From Anthoceros angustus (taxonomy: Eukaryota > Plantae > Anthocerotophyta), in assembly GCA_010909165.1 (NCBI GenBank), contig MU008158.1, positions 2,381,478-2,445,477 on the forward strand: 64,000 nt of DNA. The letters run 5' to 3'. Positions within the stretch are counted from its first letter, which is position 1, and every line of letters begins with the position of its first letter. The notes beneath the pieces are model-generated. The model was not told where the DNA came from. It did no database searches and saw nothing but the letters and a program-made list of their open reading frames with translations. The position numbers were made by a program, and so were the translations under genes. This document shows positions 14,366 to 24,659 of this stretch, one piece after another.

Positions 14366-16846
14366 ATGACAGGGCTTGATCAGCTAGGATTTATCCGCAT
14401 TCAACGGCACTCCAACGTCATGCAACACTTCAGCTCGAGCAGCATGCTCTACGAGGACATTAGCTACTTATGCCGTCCTGGCGAGGTTAATTTCTCTCTT
14501 GATGAAGATGCAGTAGATTCTGGGCACAGCACGTCGAATCTGCTGGGTATATCGGAGAGCTTTCAGCAGCAACAAGTTCAGGGCTCAAGTGCGATCGGAC
14601 TCACCGTATCAGGAGTGTCACCATTTTCTCTTGAGGTATCGACCGAAGAGAACATATCCTCTCAGGCTAGTAGACCAGAGAATTCGTCTCTCGGCGAACA
14701 GGTTAGCAGCGGCATGCGACATCCGGTTTTGAACCAGGGAGTGGACTTCGAAGTAGACGATTCGACAGGGTCTCAGCTTCTGCAGGTTCACATCTTATGC
14801 TCAGGAATGCTTGTTATTGCGTTTTCGGAAGTCCTCTCGTGTGATCATAGACTGAAGCTTGTCATTACTGACCTAGGATCTCGTCTTGGCATTAAAACGA
14901 CATGGTCTTGAAAGCATGAGGTGTTGTCAGAATGAATTGATGTCCCGCGGTAGCGTCCAGTTCATATGCTCCGTCGGAACTCATTGGTGAATCTTGATCG
15001 CAGGAGATGCTCCAGTCACAGTCTGGGGAGCGCACTAGTAAGCACACAGTGCATGGTGTAAGATCCGCAACCGCAAATAATGCTTCACCTGTTACTGTTC
15101 CTGGGACTGAGTGCCAGCAGGAGAGGACTGCAGCCTCGCAATGGGAAGATAGCCTTCATGTTTTTCATGAAATGCTTCTTCAACAGCAGCAGCAGCAGCA
15201 AGCAGCAGCACAGCTTCAGGAACACTTTTTTGGCACCAGCCCGGGTAACGCCGGATCCAATTCTTCCTCGGAACATAACCATCATCACGGCGCATCTCAC
15301 AGCCCACATGTTGGTGGACCGCATGGTCCCCGGGGAGCAGTAACAGTCCCAGGGCCACATAGTTCAGGAGGGGCTGGAAACTATCTACCTGGTAAGCTCA
15401 TCTTTCTAGATGACAGTTTTCGAAATCTCTTTAAAGACATCCGGGATGCTTTGTGCTTTATTTTATTGCTCAATTCCTTCAGCCCTTGCTAACAGAATTA
15501 TAGGTCATCTCTTGCAGGCTCGAAGTTCCCCGGAGAATCAGAACTTCTAAGCCTCCTTCAGCTACCTCGATGTGCTGCTTCCTCACTGCCAAACAGCACA
15601 TTCCCGCCCAGAAGGCCTACAGCTGGCATTCCTGGCTATCACATTCCAGGCTCAGGCTGTGGAGTCGACAGTATTTACGAAACAGGTCCCACTTCAAGAC
15701 ACCACCTTCAGAATTCTCTTCAACAGCTTCAGAACCAGCCTCACAGCAGTAATTTGAATGCCTCACCCGCAGTGCCGTTGGCTCACCTGTTCCAGAACTT
15801 ACCCCAGGCTGGCTCCACAGGTTCAGAATCGCTGCAGCTTCATTCAAACAAGAGTTCTTTGTTGCAGAATCTTGGATTTGGCCGGCAATCAATGGGAACA
15901 GTAATTGATCTCGATCATCAGGAGAAAGAGAGTGGAATCATAGGGAGCTTGCTGCAGGGCCGTGAATACGTTCATCAAGACGCAGCTAATACACAAGCCG
16001 CACGAGTCAGTGGCCTTGGCTCAGGGTTCAGCTTTGACTCCAGCTTACTGAAGGGGAATATGGCAAAAGGTGGAGAACCCCGAGGGATAAATCACTTCGC
16101 CACTGAGAGGCAGCGTCGGGAGTTTTTAAACGAGAAGTATCAGACTCTGCGATCGCTTGTTCCGAACCCATCAAAGGTAAGTACCTCACGACATCTGTTG
16201 ATTCGCTACAAAGCTTGTACATGTATCTTATATCAGGTGGTGTGTGATACTTGTGTCCCAAGCAGGCTGACAGAGCATCTATTGTGGCCGACGCTATAGA
16301 GTATGTGAAGGAGCTTAAAAGAACGCTTCAAGAGCTCCAGCTGCTTGTGGAGGAAAAGCGACGAGGCGCAGGGAAGAGACAGAAGCGATCGGAGGATGGG
16401 AACGCTGGCGCCGATGGATCAGACACAACTTCCCAGCCAGACCACCAGCCACAAATGCAGATGTGTACTGATCCTGGCTCGCAGCTACGAAGCTCATGGC
16501 TACAACGAACCTCGCAACAGGGTACCCATGTGGATGTTAGGATCGTCCACGATGAAGTGAACATAAAGCTGACTCAACGGAAGCGAAGGAAGTGCTTGCT
16601 TGATGTGATGATTTTGCTTCACGAGCTACACCTGGACCTGCTTCATGCAGGCGGTGCTAGTGTCGGGGAACATGATATCTACATGTTCAACACAAAGGTA
16701 TGGATGTCTCCTGAAACTTCCTTGAGATACATCGGCTCCCGCATACTGTCTAACACAGGCCTGCTTTGCAGATCAGCGAAGGATCGTCATCCATCTATGC
16801 TGGCTACATTGCAGCAAAAGTGATCGAAGCAGTAGATCGCCCTTGA
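14366..16846 (+). CDS. Class II bHLH transcription factor (EAT1/bHLH010-089-091-like) with C-terminal ACT-like domain
   Basis: bHLH NHFATERQRREFLNEKYQTLRSLVPNPSK|ADRASIVADAIEYVKEL; subfamily motif ELLSLLQLPRC; ACT-like LRSSWLQR..VDVRIVHDEVNIKL..LDLLHAGG..GEHDIYMFNTK|ISEGSSSIYAGYIA. Exons approx. 14366-14785, 15004-15391, 15518-16177, 16266-16697, 16772-16846. Start codon uncertain. Confidence 0.92.
15181..15212 (+). repeat. CAG/GCA microsatellite encoding poly-Gln/Ala in the bHLH
   Basis: caacagcagcagcagcagcaagcagcagca. Confidence 0.8.
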
Positions 16847-17310
16847 CCGCCTGTACATTTTGTAGTCATTAAATTACAGTATAAGCCACACCAGCTGTAG
16901 TGCGCGAAACTCGTGGAAGTTGTGCCGAGCATACATTCGAGGCTCTAGTACTTATCATTCTGGAGAGAACTGTTACAATACTGTGTCATGTGACAATGTA
17001 ATTCCTGCCTGATAAGTGCACGCGAGGTTGCGTTTCTTTTGAGCGACAAGGCTTCATTGTAGAAACCCAATGCCCATCTGATTGAATAGCCTGTGCAGGA
17101 AGGATATTTATTAACTGAACAGTAATATCTACAAGGATTTCGAAAAATATACAGTAGTTCCTTACAAGTTCTCGAACACTACCTACTCGCAACAGTCGCA
17201 GGTACGGAGTCCAACTCTACTTGCTCCACCCCGCATGCTAGGGATGGACGCCAAGGCTCTGTAAGCTACAAGAACAAAGATGACGCATCAACTGCTGTGA
17301 AGAAATACTT

Positions 17311-19866
17311 CTAGTCTACCTCCTCCATTTTGCTACCCTCAACTTCAGTGTCCTCCTCCATTGCCGGTAAATCGGCGTCCTGATCCGCAGTTGCTTCGTC
17401 GTCAATGCAGAGACCAAGTTTGAGCATACGGTGAATGCGTGCACCGAAGGTGTTTGGGTCGTCCAAGCTGAACCCAGAAGTAAGGAGGGCCGTCTCGTAC
17501 AGGAGATGTACCAGATCTTTGAAAGACTTATCGTTCTTGTCAACTTCAGCCCTCTTTCGAAGTTCCTCCATGATGTTATTTTCTGGATTAATCTCCATGG
17601 TCTTCTTGCTAGACATGTGGCTTGACATAGTTGTATCACGGAGTGCTTGGGCCTTCATGATCCTCTCCATGTTAGCGCTCCACCCATATTCTCCAGTGAC
17701 AAGCACACAAGGAGAGTCAACAATACGATCGGATACAACCACTTTTTCGACCCTATCCCCAAGAATCCCCTTGATCGACTTGCACAACACCTCAAACTTG
17801 GCCTTTTTCTCCTCCTTAGCCTTTTTCTCTTCCTCCGTTTCTTCCAGGTTCAACCCCTCTTTTGTTGCAGATACAAGCTTCTTACCATCGTACTCCTTCA
17901 ACTGCCCCACTGCGTACTCATCAATGGCATCCACCATAAACAACACTTCATACCCCTTCTTCCTCAACCTTTCTAAAAAGGGGGAGTTCTCCACTGCTGT
18001 TTTACTCTCGCCTGTGATGTAATACATATCTTTTTGCCCCTCTTTCATTCTAGTCACATAATCCTTGAGGCTGGTCATTTCATCACCACTCTTAGTAGAG
18101 TGGTATCGGAGCAACTCCGCCAGCTTTGTTCTATTCTGGCTGTCCTCATGTATACCCAACTTCAGATTCTTCGCAAATGCTTCATAGAACTTTATATACT
18201 TCTCCTTGTCCTCAGCAATTTCAGAGAAGAGCTCAAGAGACTTCTTCACCAAATTTTTTCTGATGACCTTCAAGATCTTGTTCTGCTGCAACATTTCTCT
18301 GCTTATGTTCAGTGGTAAGTCCTCAGAGTCAACAACACCTTTTATGAATCCCAGATACTCAGGAATGAGCTCCTCACAGTTGTCCATGATGAACACCCGG
18401 CGAACATAAAGCTTGATATTGTTCAGCTTCTTTCTGGTATCAAATAAGTCAAAAGGAGCTCTCTGAGGCACAAAGAGAATTGCTTTGAACTCCAGTTGAC
18501 CTTCCACAGAGAAGTGCTTTACTGCCAGGTGCTCATCCCAGTCGTTAGTAAGGCTCTTATAGAAGGCGGCATACTCTTCTTTGGTGACCTCCTCAGGTTT
18601 CCGCATCCAGATTGGTTTTTGCTTGTTGACTAGAGTCCACTCGTGTGAAACTTCTTTCACTTTCTTCTTCTTCTTCTCCTTATCCTTGTCATCAACATCC
18701 TCAATTTTGACGTCATTTTCCTCCTTCTCCTCTTCCTCCTCATCAGATACTTCCTTTTCAGTTGTCTTCTCAGTCCACAAAGAGATTGGGTAGCTTATAA
18801 ACTCCGAATGCTTTTTTATAAGATCTTTCAACCGCCTTTCTTCTAAATAGTCCAACTATTGACACCACAATGAAACTTCTCAACAGCTTGCTGAAAAGTA
18901 GAAGCAATAATAGGCACAAGGAACGTGCTAAGAGAAGCCTTCAAAAAACGTTCAGCACTCCGGACGGATTTGTGCACTACAGTCAAGAGGACAGGAAAAC
19001 GTACCTGATCTTCTTTAAGATAGAGAGTGATTTTAGTTCCCCTTCCAAGGGACTCTCCTGAGATATCTCTTGTCACAGTGAAAGAACCACCTGCCTGTGA
19101 CTCCCAGATGTACTGGTCATCATCGTTATGCTTTGTGGTCACAACTACCCTCTCAGCGACCAGATATGCAGAATAAAATCCGACTCCGAATTGCCCTATC
19201 ATGCTAACATCAGCCCCTGCTTGAAGCGCTTCCATAAACTCCTTTGTTCCAGAACGAGCAATTGTCCCCAAATTGCTCACCAGATCTGCAACACAGAAAA
19301 GTCCAATCAGCGGTGCACGCTACAGACACCAGCACATCACATGTAGAGACATCCATCAACGCTATTATCACCAGATACTAATACTTACCAGACTTTGTCA
19401 TCCCGATCCCACTGTCAATTGTGCTTAATGTCTTGTTGGTCTTGTCGGGCACAATGTGAATATAAAGTTCAGGGTTGGTATCCAGCTTGCTCTTGTCCGT
19501 CAAACTCTCAAATCGGATTTTATCCAAGGCCTGCAAACTCAAGAGACTGAAATCAAAATCGTCAAACTGAACTGCAATCCATCCAAACCACAAGTGGACG
19601 TACAGCCTCTCCTAGCATGCAAGTACTCAAACGAATTCAAGCAATATCGTTCAGCTTCGACTCCCTAGACAACAACGCATGCAGCACAAATCTCAGCCTG
19701 CACTCACGTCAGACGCGTTGCTTATCAGCTCTCGCAGAAATATCTCCTTGTTGCTGTAGAAAGTGTTGATGATGAGCGACAACAGCTGATTTATCTCAGC
19801 CTGGAAGGCGAACGTCTCGGAGTGCTCCGCCATGGGAACATCCTGAGCCCCTTCAACCTGAGCCAT
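17311..19866 (-). CDS. HSP90: Cytosolic HSP90 (paralogue A, more diverged)
   Basis: [58 protein letters not shown]-terminal MEEVD; three introns. Confidence 0.98.
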
Positions 19867-20091
19867 AGCGGCAGTCTGGCACAAAGTAAGCCTTCAGAAA
19901 AAACGCGAGCCTGAATCAGAAAAACCTTCTCGCAGGCGCCAAGCTCATAATTTCAACAAAATTCACGACTACGGGACTGATCGCAGACGCCAAGTTGCGA
20001 GCACTGGCGAACAACGAAGACAGACTCCACGCGACAAGGTGGCACATGCGACGTGGACGACCGACGAGTTTCCCATCATCATAAACCCGTT

Positions 20092-20099
20092 AAACCCTA
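20092..20099 (+). promoter_or_regulatory. Telo-box (AAACCCTA) between HSP90-A and the 20314 ORF
   Basis: taaaccctag about 230 bp upstream of the HSP90-A ATG. Confidence 0.45.
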
Positions 20100-20313
20100 G
20101 GCAGCCCGCCCCTAACCGACTCCGTTACGCTCCTGGTCGCTAACAGCACATGCGGCTGGTCCCACATGTCATTAAACGTAACAGCGTGTGCATCTCCCAT
20201 CCGGGGGGGACCGGTTTTGTTAACACTGTGGATGGACACCGTCAGCACCCAACAAGTGGGCGGGAGCTCTGTTTCTCAGCCATTCGCTTTTTCCTTTTTC
20301 CCAGTGGTGCAAA

Positions 20314-20757
20314 ATGGAGTATGTCAAATATCAACTGGGAGTATTGCAGAAACAGCTGAATGTACTAGGTGAAAATGATGACACCATTACCTCTATGCTT
20401 AAGGATCAAAGGGAGGCACAACACCATCTCATGAAAGCTATCCAGAAAAACATGCAATTAATGCTTGAAGCAGAGCAGCATTTACTTTACAGAATGGATA
20501 TAGTAGAAAAACGGGCTAAGGCAAGATTAATAAATGCATCAAGGGAAATTAATCAACATTTAGAACCATTGCCTGATGATAAAGGCCAATATCCTGATAG
20601 ATTTCCCTCTACTCCTGCTGTACTTGCAAACCTTGACATCCCTACTGTGACAGCATTATTAGCATTCTATGGCTTGGATCCTACTGGATCTCATACATCA
20701 AGACGAGATCGCTTGTCCAAGCATATAGGAGTTCTTGGTACAACTTCATGCCATTAG
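20314..20757 (+). CDS. Intronless 147-aa protein: N-terminal coiled coil plus Mug135-like C-terminal domain
   Basis: Heptad-rich helical N-terminus, then ARLINAS..LEPLPDDKGQYPDRFPSTPAVLANL..TVTALLAFYGL..GSHTSRRDRLSKHIGV. This matches the L-P-L-x-G-x-P-x-FP-x-T-x-L-x-LL-x-FY-x-L-x-RL-x-IG pattern I recall from fungal Mug135-C (DUF1773) proteins. Confidence 0.62.
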   Translation: MEYVKYQLGVLQKQLNVLGENDDTITSMLKDQREAQHHLMKAIQKNMQLMLEAEQHLLYRMDIVEKRAKARLINASREINQHLEPLPDDKGQYPDRFPSTPAVLANLDIPTVTALLAFYGLDPTGSHTSRRDRLSKHIGVLGTTSCH

Positions 20758-21942
20758 TTTCATACTTAGACTCAACAAAATCACACATCACCCATTCTAG
20801 GCAAAGGAATCATTAGTTAGAAAGCTCACATTTAGAGAACTAGAAAGTGATTAATAGTTATTCGTCAACACCCAAATGTATTTAGGATTAGTCTCAATTG
20901 CTATATGTCCACGAGTGGTTAACTAGTCTATGGAATGTGTGCACTTCCACCTAGTTTCAGAAAAGACTCTAAGATGTTGTCCACTTATGACATGAAACAC
21001 TTCCACTTGCATAATGGATTTCGACACGGTCATCACACATTGTGAAGGTTAGTGCTAACTTCTTCATAGATGCTTCATGAAGAATGCTTTTGTAACTAAG
21101 GTTTCAATCTTTTGCAGCTGAATTTATTTAAAAACTCATATTATATTTTGAAGCTTAGAAGAATCTATGATGTCTTGCAACAAGCAAGCAAGTTATACCT
21201 ATTATTAGAGCAAGCTACATTTGGTTGCGACTTTATTTATGACCTAATACTACAACCTCAATTACCATCTTTCTTTAATTTGGTTTTGATATGACGCTAG
21301 CTTTGCTTCCTTCTTGAGAGTTCTTGAATGTAAATAGGGATAAATGCATTTGTGCCTCTATTTTGTTAATTAGATCCAATTTCTGTATAGAATATAATTG
21401 ATAAACTCTCATACAATGTAGTTCCCATAGCATCTTTCATTCTTACCATTAAATTTTTTTCAAAACATTGATAAAACTCTCTCTCTAAACATTGATAACA
21501 CTCTCTAAACATTGATAACAGCACAACATTTTCCCTATGAATGTACCCAATTTAGTCCCAGATAAGGTTCCACTTATATTTTACTAATAATAATATGAAT
21601 ACTTAAATGGTTTCATACTTGTAACTACCAAATCCATGAATTTTTTGCTAACAAATTTAATGTAATCTAGGTTGAAATAAATCTCATGCATACCCGAAGT
21701 TGAAAAGTAGAAAGAAAGAATTTCGTTGCCTACAAACTTTAAATATCTTTCAAACAGAAAGCTAGTTTTAACTACTATGTTCCAGCAAAAGGAGAAAAAG
21801 TAGTAGTAATCTTCGCTATAAAAATTTCTTTCATATAAGCTTATTCCAAGAAGAAAATGCTGAGAACTCATTAAGTACATCATATGTGAAGAATTTATTA
21901 GCTTGTGTGTTATTATATACACGAAGTAAGTATTCAAGCTAG

Positions 21943-23468
21943 CTTTACAAAAGACTTGCTCAAAATATTTCCTTGAAGGAAGGTTATGTGATGTAGCCTT
22001 AGGTTTTTAACCAATAAGCTTATCCATCCTCAATACTTACTCCTCATACTCGTTTTACTTTTATTGGTGTCTATGCAGGAATAAAGCAAATATATGACAA
22101 TAAAGGTACTACACACATGTGATTTTAATAATGTAGTGAATAATATAGATTCATGTGTGTATCTTAATGTGTATAGGACTAAGGGTTATGGATACTACAC
22201 ATTATTTAAAGGCAAGTCCTCCGAACTTTTATTCTCAAGAAGACACCTTTAAAGAAAGGAGTAACTTGGTGCGTATTGCAATTAGTGGCTCTCCAAATTT
22301 ACGACTACTTAGGTCTAATGAGAAGTGTAAATCTTGCTTGCTGAATTTTCAAAGCAATCGTGGAGAATTGTATTTCAAAGAAAATATCAAGAAATCAAAT
22401 ATTCCCCTCCGGAACATGATATCAAAATATGAAGACCATCAACATTTACGACTACTTCGTCTCAATATGAAAATAATTAATAAGCCGTCTTCAGCATTCA
22501 AGAGGAACAGCAAAAAACATTTTCTAATGAAAATTGGAAACCCTACTCACATATCAAATGATCATTTGAATAGATATATACCAATCCGGTCAAAAAGTAT
22601 ACAAACTAATGAAATTTGTATGATGAGCCCTACAAATGAACCGAATGAAAGTGTGAAGAAGATAGTGTATGGAAATGAGTTGGACACCCTCAGATACATC
22701 GAAATGACTCCGAATGCGTTTAAGCTAGACAAAAACTATGCTATTGCACAAATTAATGAGAATAAACAACATAGCCTTCTAATAAATCAAGAACCTCAAT
22801 ACGGAGTACTTACAAAAGTACCTATAAGATTACCAATGGGATTTGAAGGGAACTTAGCATATGTAAAACCTTTGAGAATGGATGATAAAATTCAAAATAT
22901 AACCAATTTATCTAGATCTCTTCTTGGAAATCAAAATTTTCAATCAAACAACAACAAACATATCTTAGAAGAGGAGCTTGTGCGTGTTCACAATACATCT
23001 ATAGTTGTACCCCATGATGTAATGGATGGAGATGCAGTAGTGCAACCTAAACAAGTTGTTAAAGATTCAGACCAAAATACGGATCCAACACAACTCTCTA
23101 GAGTAGTGGTAAGTCACATGGAAAAATTTATTGATTCTTGGGTTGCTTATAAGCAAATGAGGCAATCGCAAGAAAAGGAAAAGGCCAACATTAAAATAAG
23201 AGCCTTGTATCATTCTCAATTAGCAGCTACACAAAATGAAGAAAAAGATATCCTAGTTTCCTCAAAAGAGAGGAAACGCACTAATATGCACATTTCCGCA
23301 CCATCACGAAAAATGGGGGTTAAAGAAATGAATAGAGGCCATAAATTGGACAAACAACTCTCTATTGCTGGATGTTATTTTAGAGAGCATTTGAAAATGG
23401 GCAGACCCTTAGAAGCTCTTGTAAACTTTGCTCAATCCCTCTCAAAGTTTTCACAATTCAGTTCCTAG
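21943..23468 (+). CDS. AT-rich orphan gene (437-aa terminal ORF plus probable small upstream exons)
   Basis: 1.3-kb stop-free frame in AT-rich DNA. GT-AG introns at 21983-22078 and 22106-22176 would join a 27-nt in-frame mini-exon and a further upstream exon. No family recognised. Confidence 0.5.
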
Positions 23469-23801
23469 AATCACTACTTATGAAATAAGTAGAAAAAGTA
23501 TAAGTAGTCTCATAAGGTACATGTCTATGCAAGAGCGAAGACTGAGGATCATGGCCCTAAGACCTTACCAAGGCATGGAAATGATATAAACTGAAGGCAT
23601 ATTCACTTTTGTGAACAAGGCTAGACTATTCTCAATGTCCATGGTGGATTGCCACCCATTTAGTTAGCTGGGGTTTTCTCCCATTAGGAGGGCTTTGTTG
23701 TCGGACTATCTTTCTGAATATGGACCTTAACCAAAGGATTATCATGCCAGACCACGTGGCCCAAGATCTTCCTTCAATGGGTCACTGGCTTTGCACCATA
23801 A

Positions 23802-23938
23802 GCTAGCATTTCCCCAATGCATATAGTAGGCTAGCATTTCCTCATTGGGGAAATGCTAGCATTTCCCCAATGCATATAGTAGGCTAGCATTTTCCCATTG
23901 GGAAAATGCTAGCATGTCCCCAATGCATATAGTAGGCT
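23802..23938. repeat. 53-bp tandem repeat (about 2.5 copies) containing 31-bp palindromes
   Basis: gctagcatttccccaatgcatatagtag alternates with gctagcatttcctcattggggaaat / gctagcattttcccattgggaaaat. Confidence 0.9.
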
Positions 23939-24251
23939 TGTCCTTACAATTGCAAGGCTCAAGATCTCCCAATCACATAAAGAACAACTCTTTCCAGCCC
24001 CAAGACTTCCTAGCGATTCCCAGCTCTTTTGTCTGTTTTGCTCAACCCATGTAGGTTTCGCGATGGCCACACGAAGATGAGTTGATGAACTGAATAGGGA
24101 ACATTGGAAGATACAATGGAGGCAGAGAAGATACCGGAACTGGAGGCTCCGGTTCCGTGTGTGACCTCCATTATGTTAAAAATACCGAGTGTACCGTCCC
24201 GGGGAAGGAGATATGTATACAACCGCGGACCAGGGTCGCAAGTTCGGGTCA

Positions 24252-24461
24252 TATCTAGAAGCGTCCGGGGGGTTCCGGGCCAACGCAGGGAACGATTGCG
24301 GAGATCAAATCCGGAAATTAGCAATAATTCCTACCGTAAGAAATAACAGCATCAGAGCCGCTGGAGGCTTCCAGGCCCGGTCGCCGGCTCGGTCCGGGCC
24401 TGGCCCTCTTTCTCTCTCTGGAAGCTGCCCTGCTTCCAGAAGGTGCTCTCCCTGGTTTAAG
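24252..24461 (+). promoter_or_regulatory. Degenerate heat-shock elements and TATA-like motif upstream of HSP90-B
   Basis: Alternating nGAAn/nTTCn-like pentamers: TATCT-AGAAG-CGTCC (24252), GGAGG-CTTCC (24363), TCTCT-GGAAG (24415), CTTCC-AGAAG-GTGCT (24433), followed by TTTAAG (24456). Confidence 0.5.
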
Positions 24462-24659
24462 TGCATGCGCTCCGCGGCCTCGCCCTACGATTGCCTTTAC
24501 TTCCGAGTCCGAGTTCTCGCTGTTAGGTTTGGCGGCTCGCTTCTGCTTGGCTTGCTGATTCTGTCGCGGTGCATCGGTGGTTGCGGCCTCGGCTTCCTGC
24601 TACCAGTTCAGTCTCTACGTGCCTTGCCTGTGGGGGCTCCTTTCGGAGGAGGTTGCGGG

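Noticed and set aside
23802-23938. CRISPR-like array of palindromic repeats
   Set aside because: The intervening sequences are themselves repeated, so there are no unique spacers; the context is eukaryotic and no cas genes are present.
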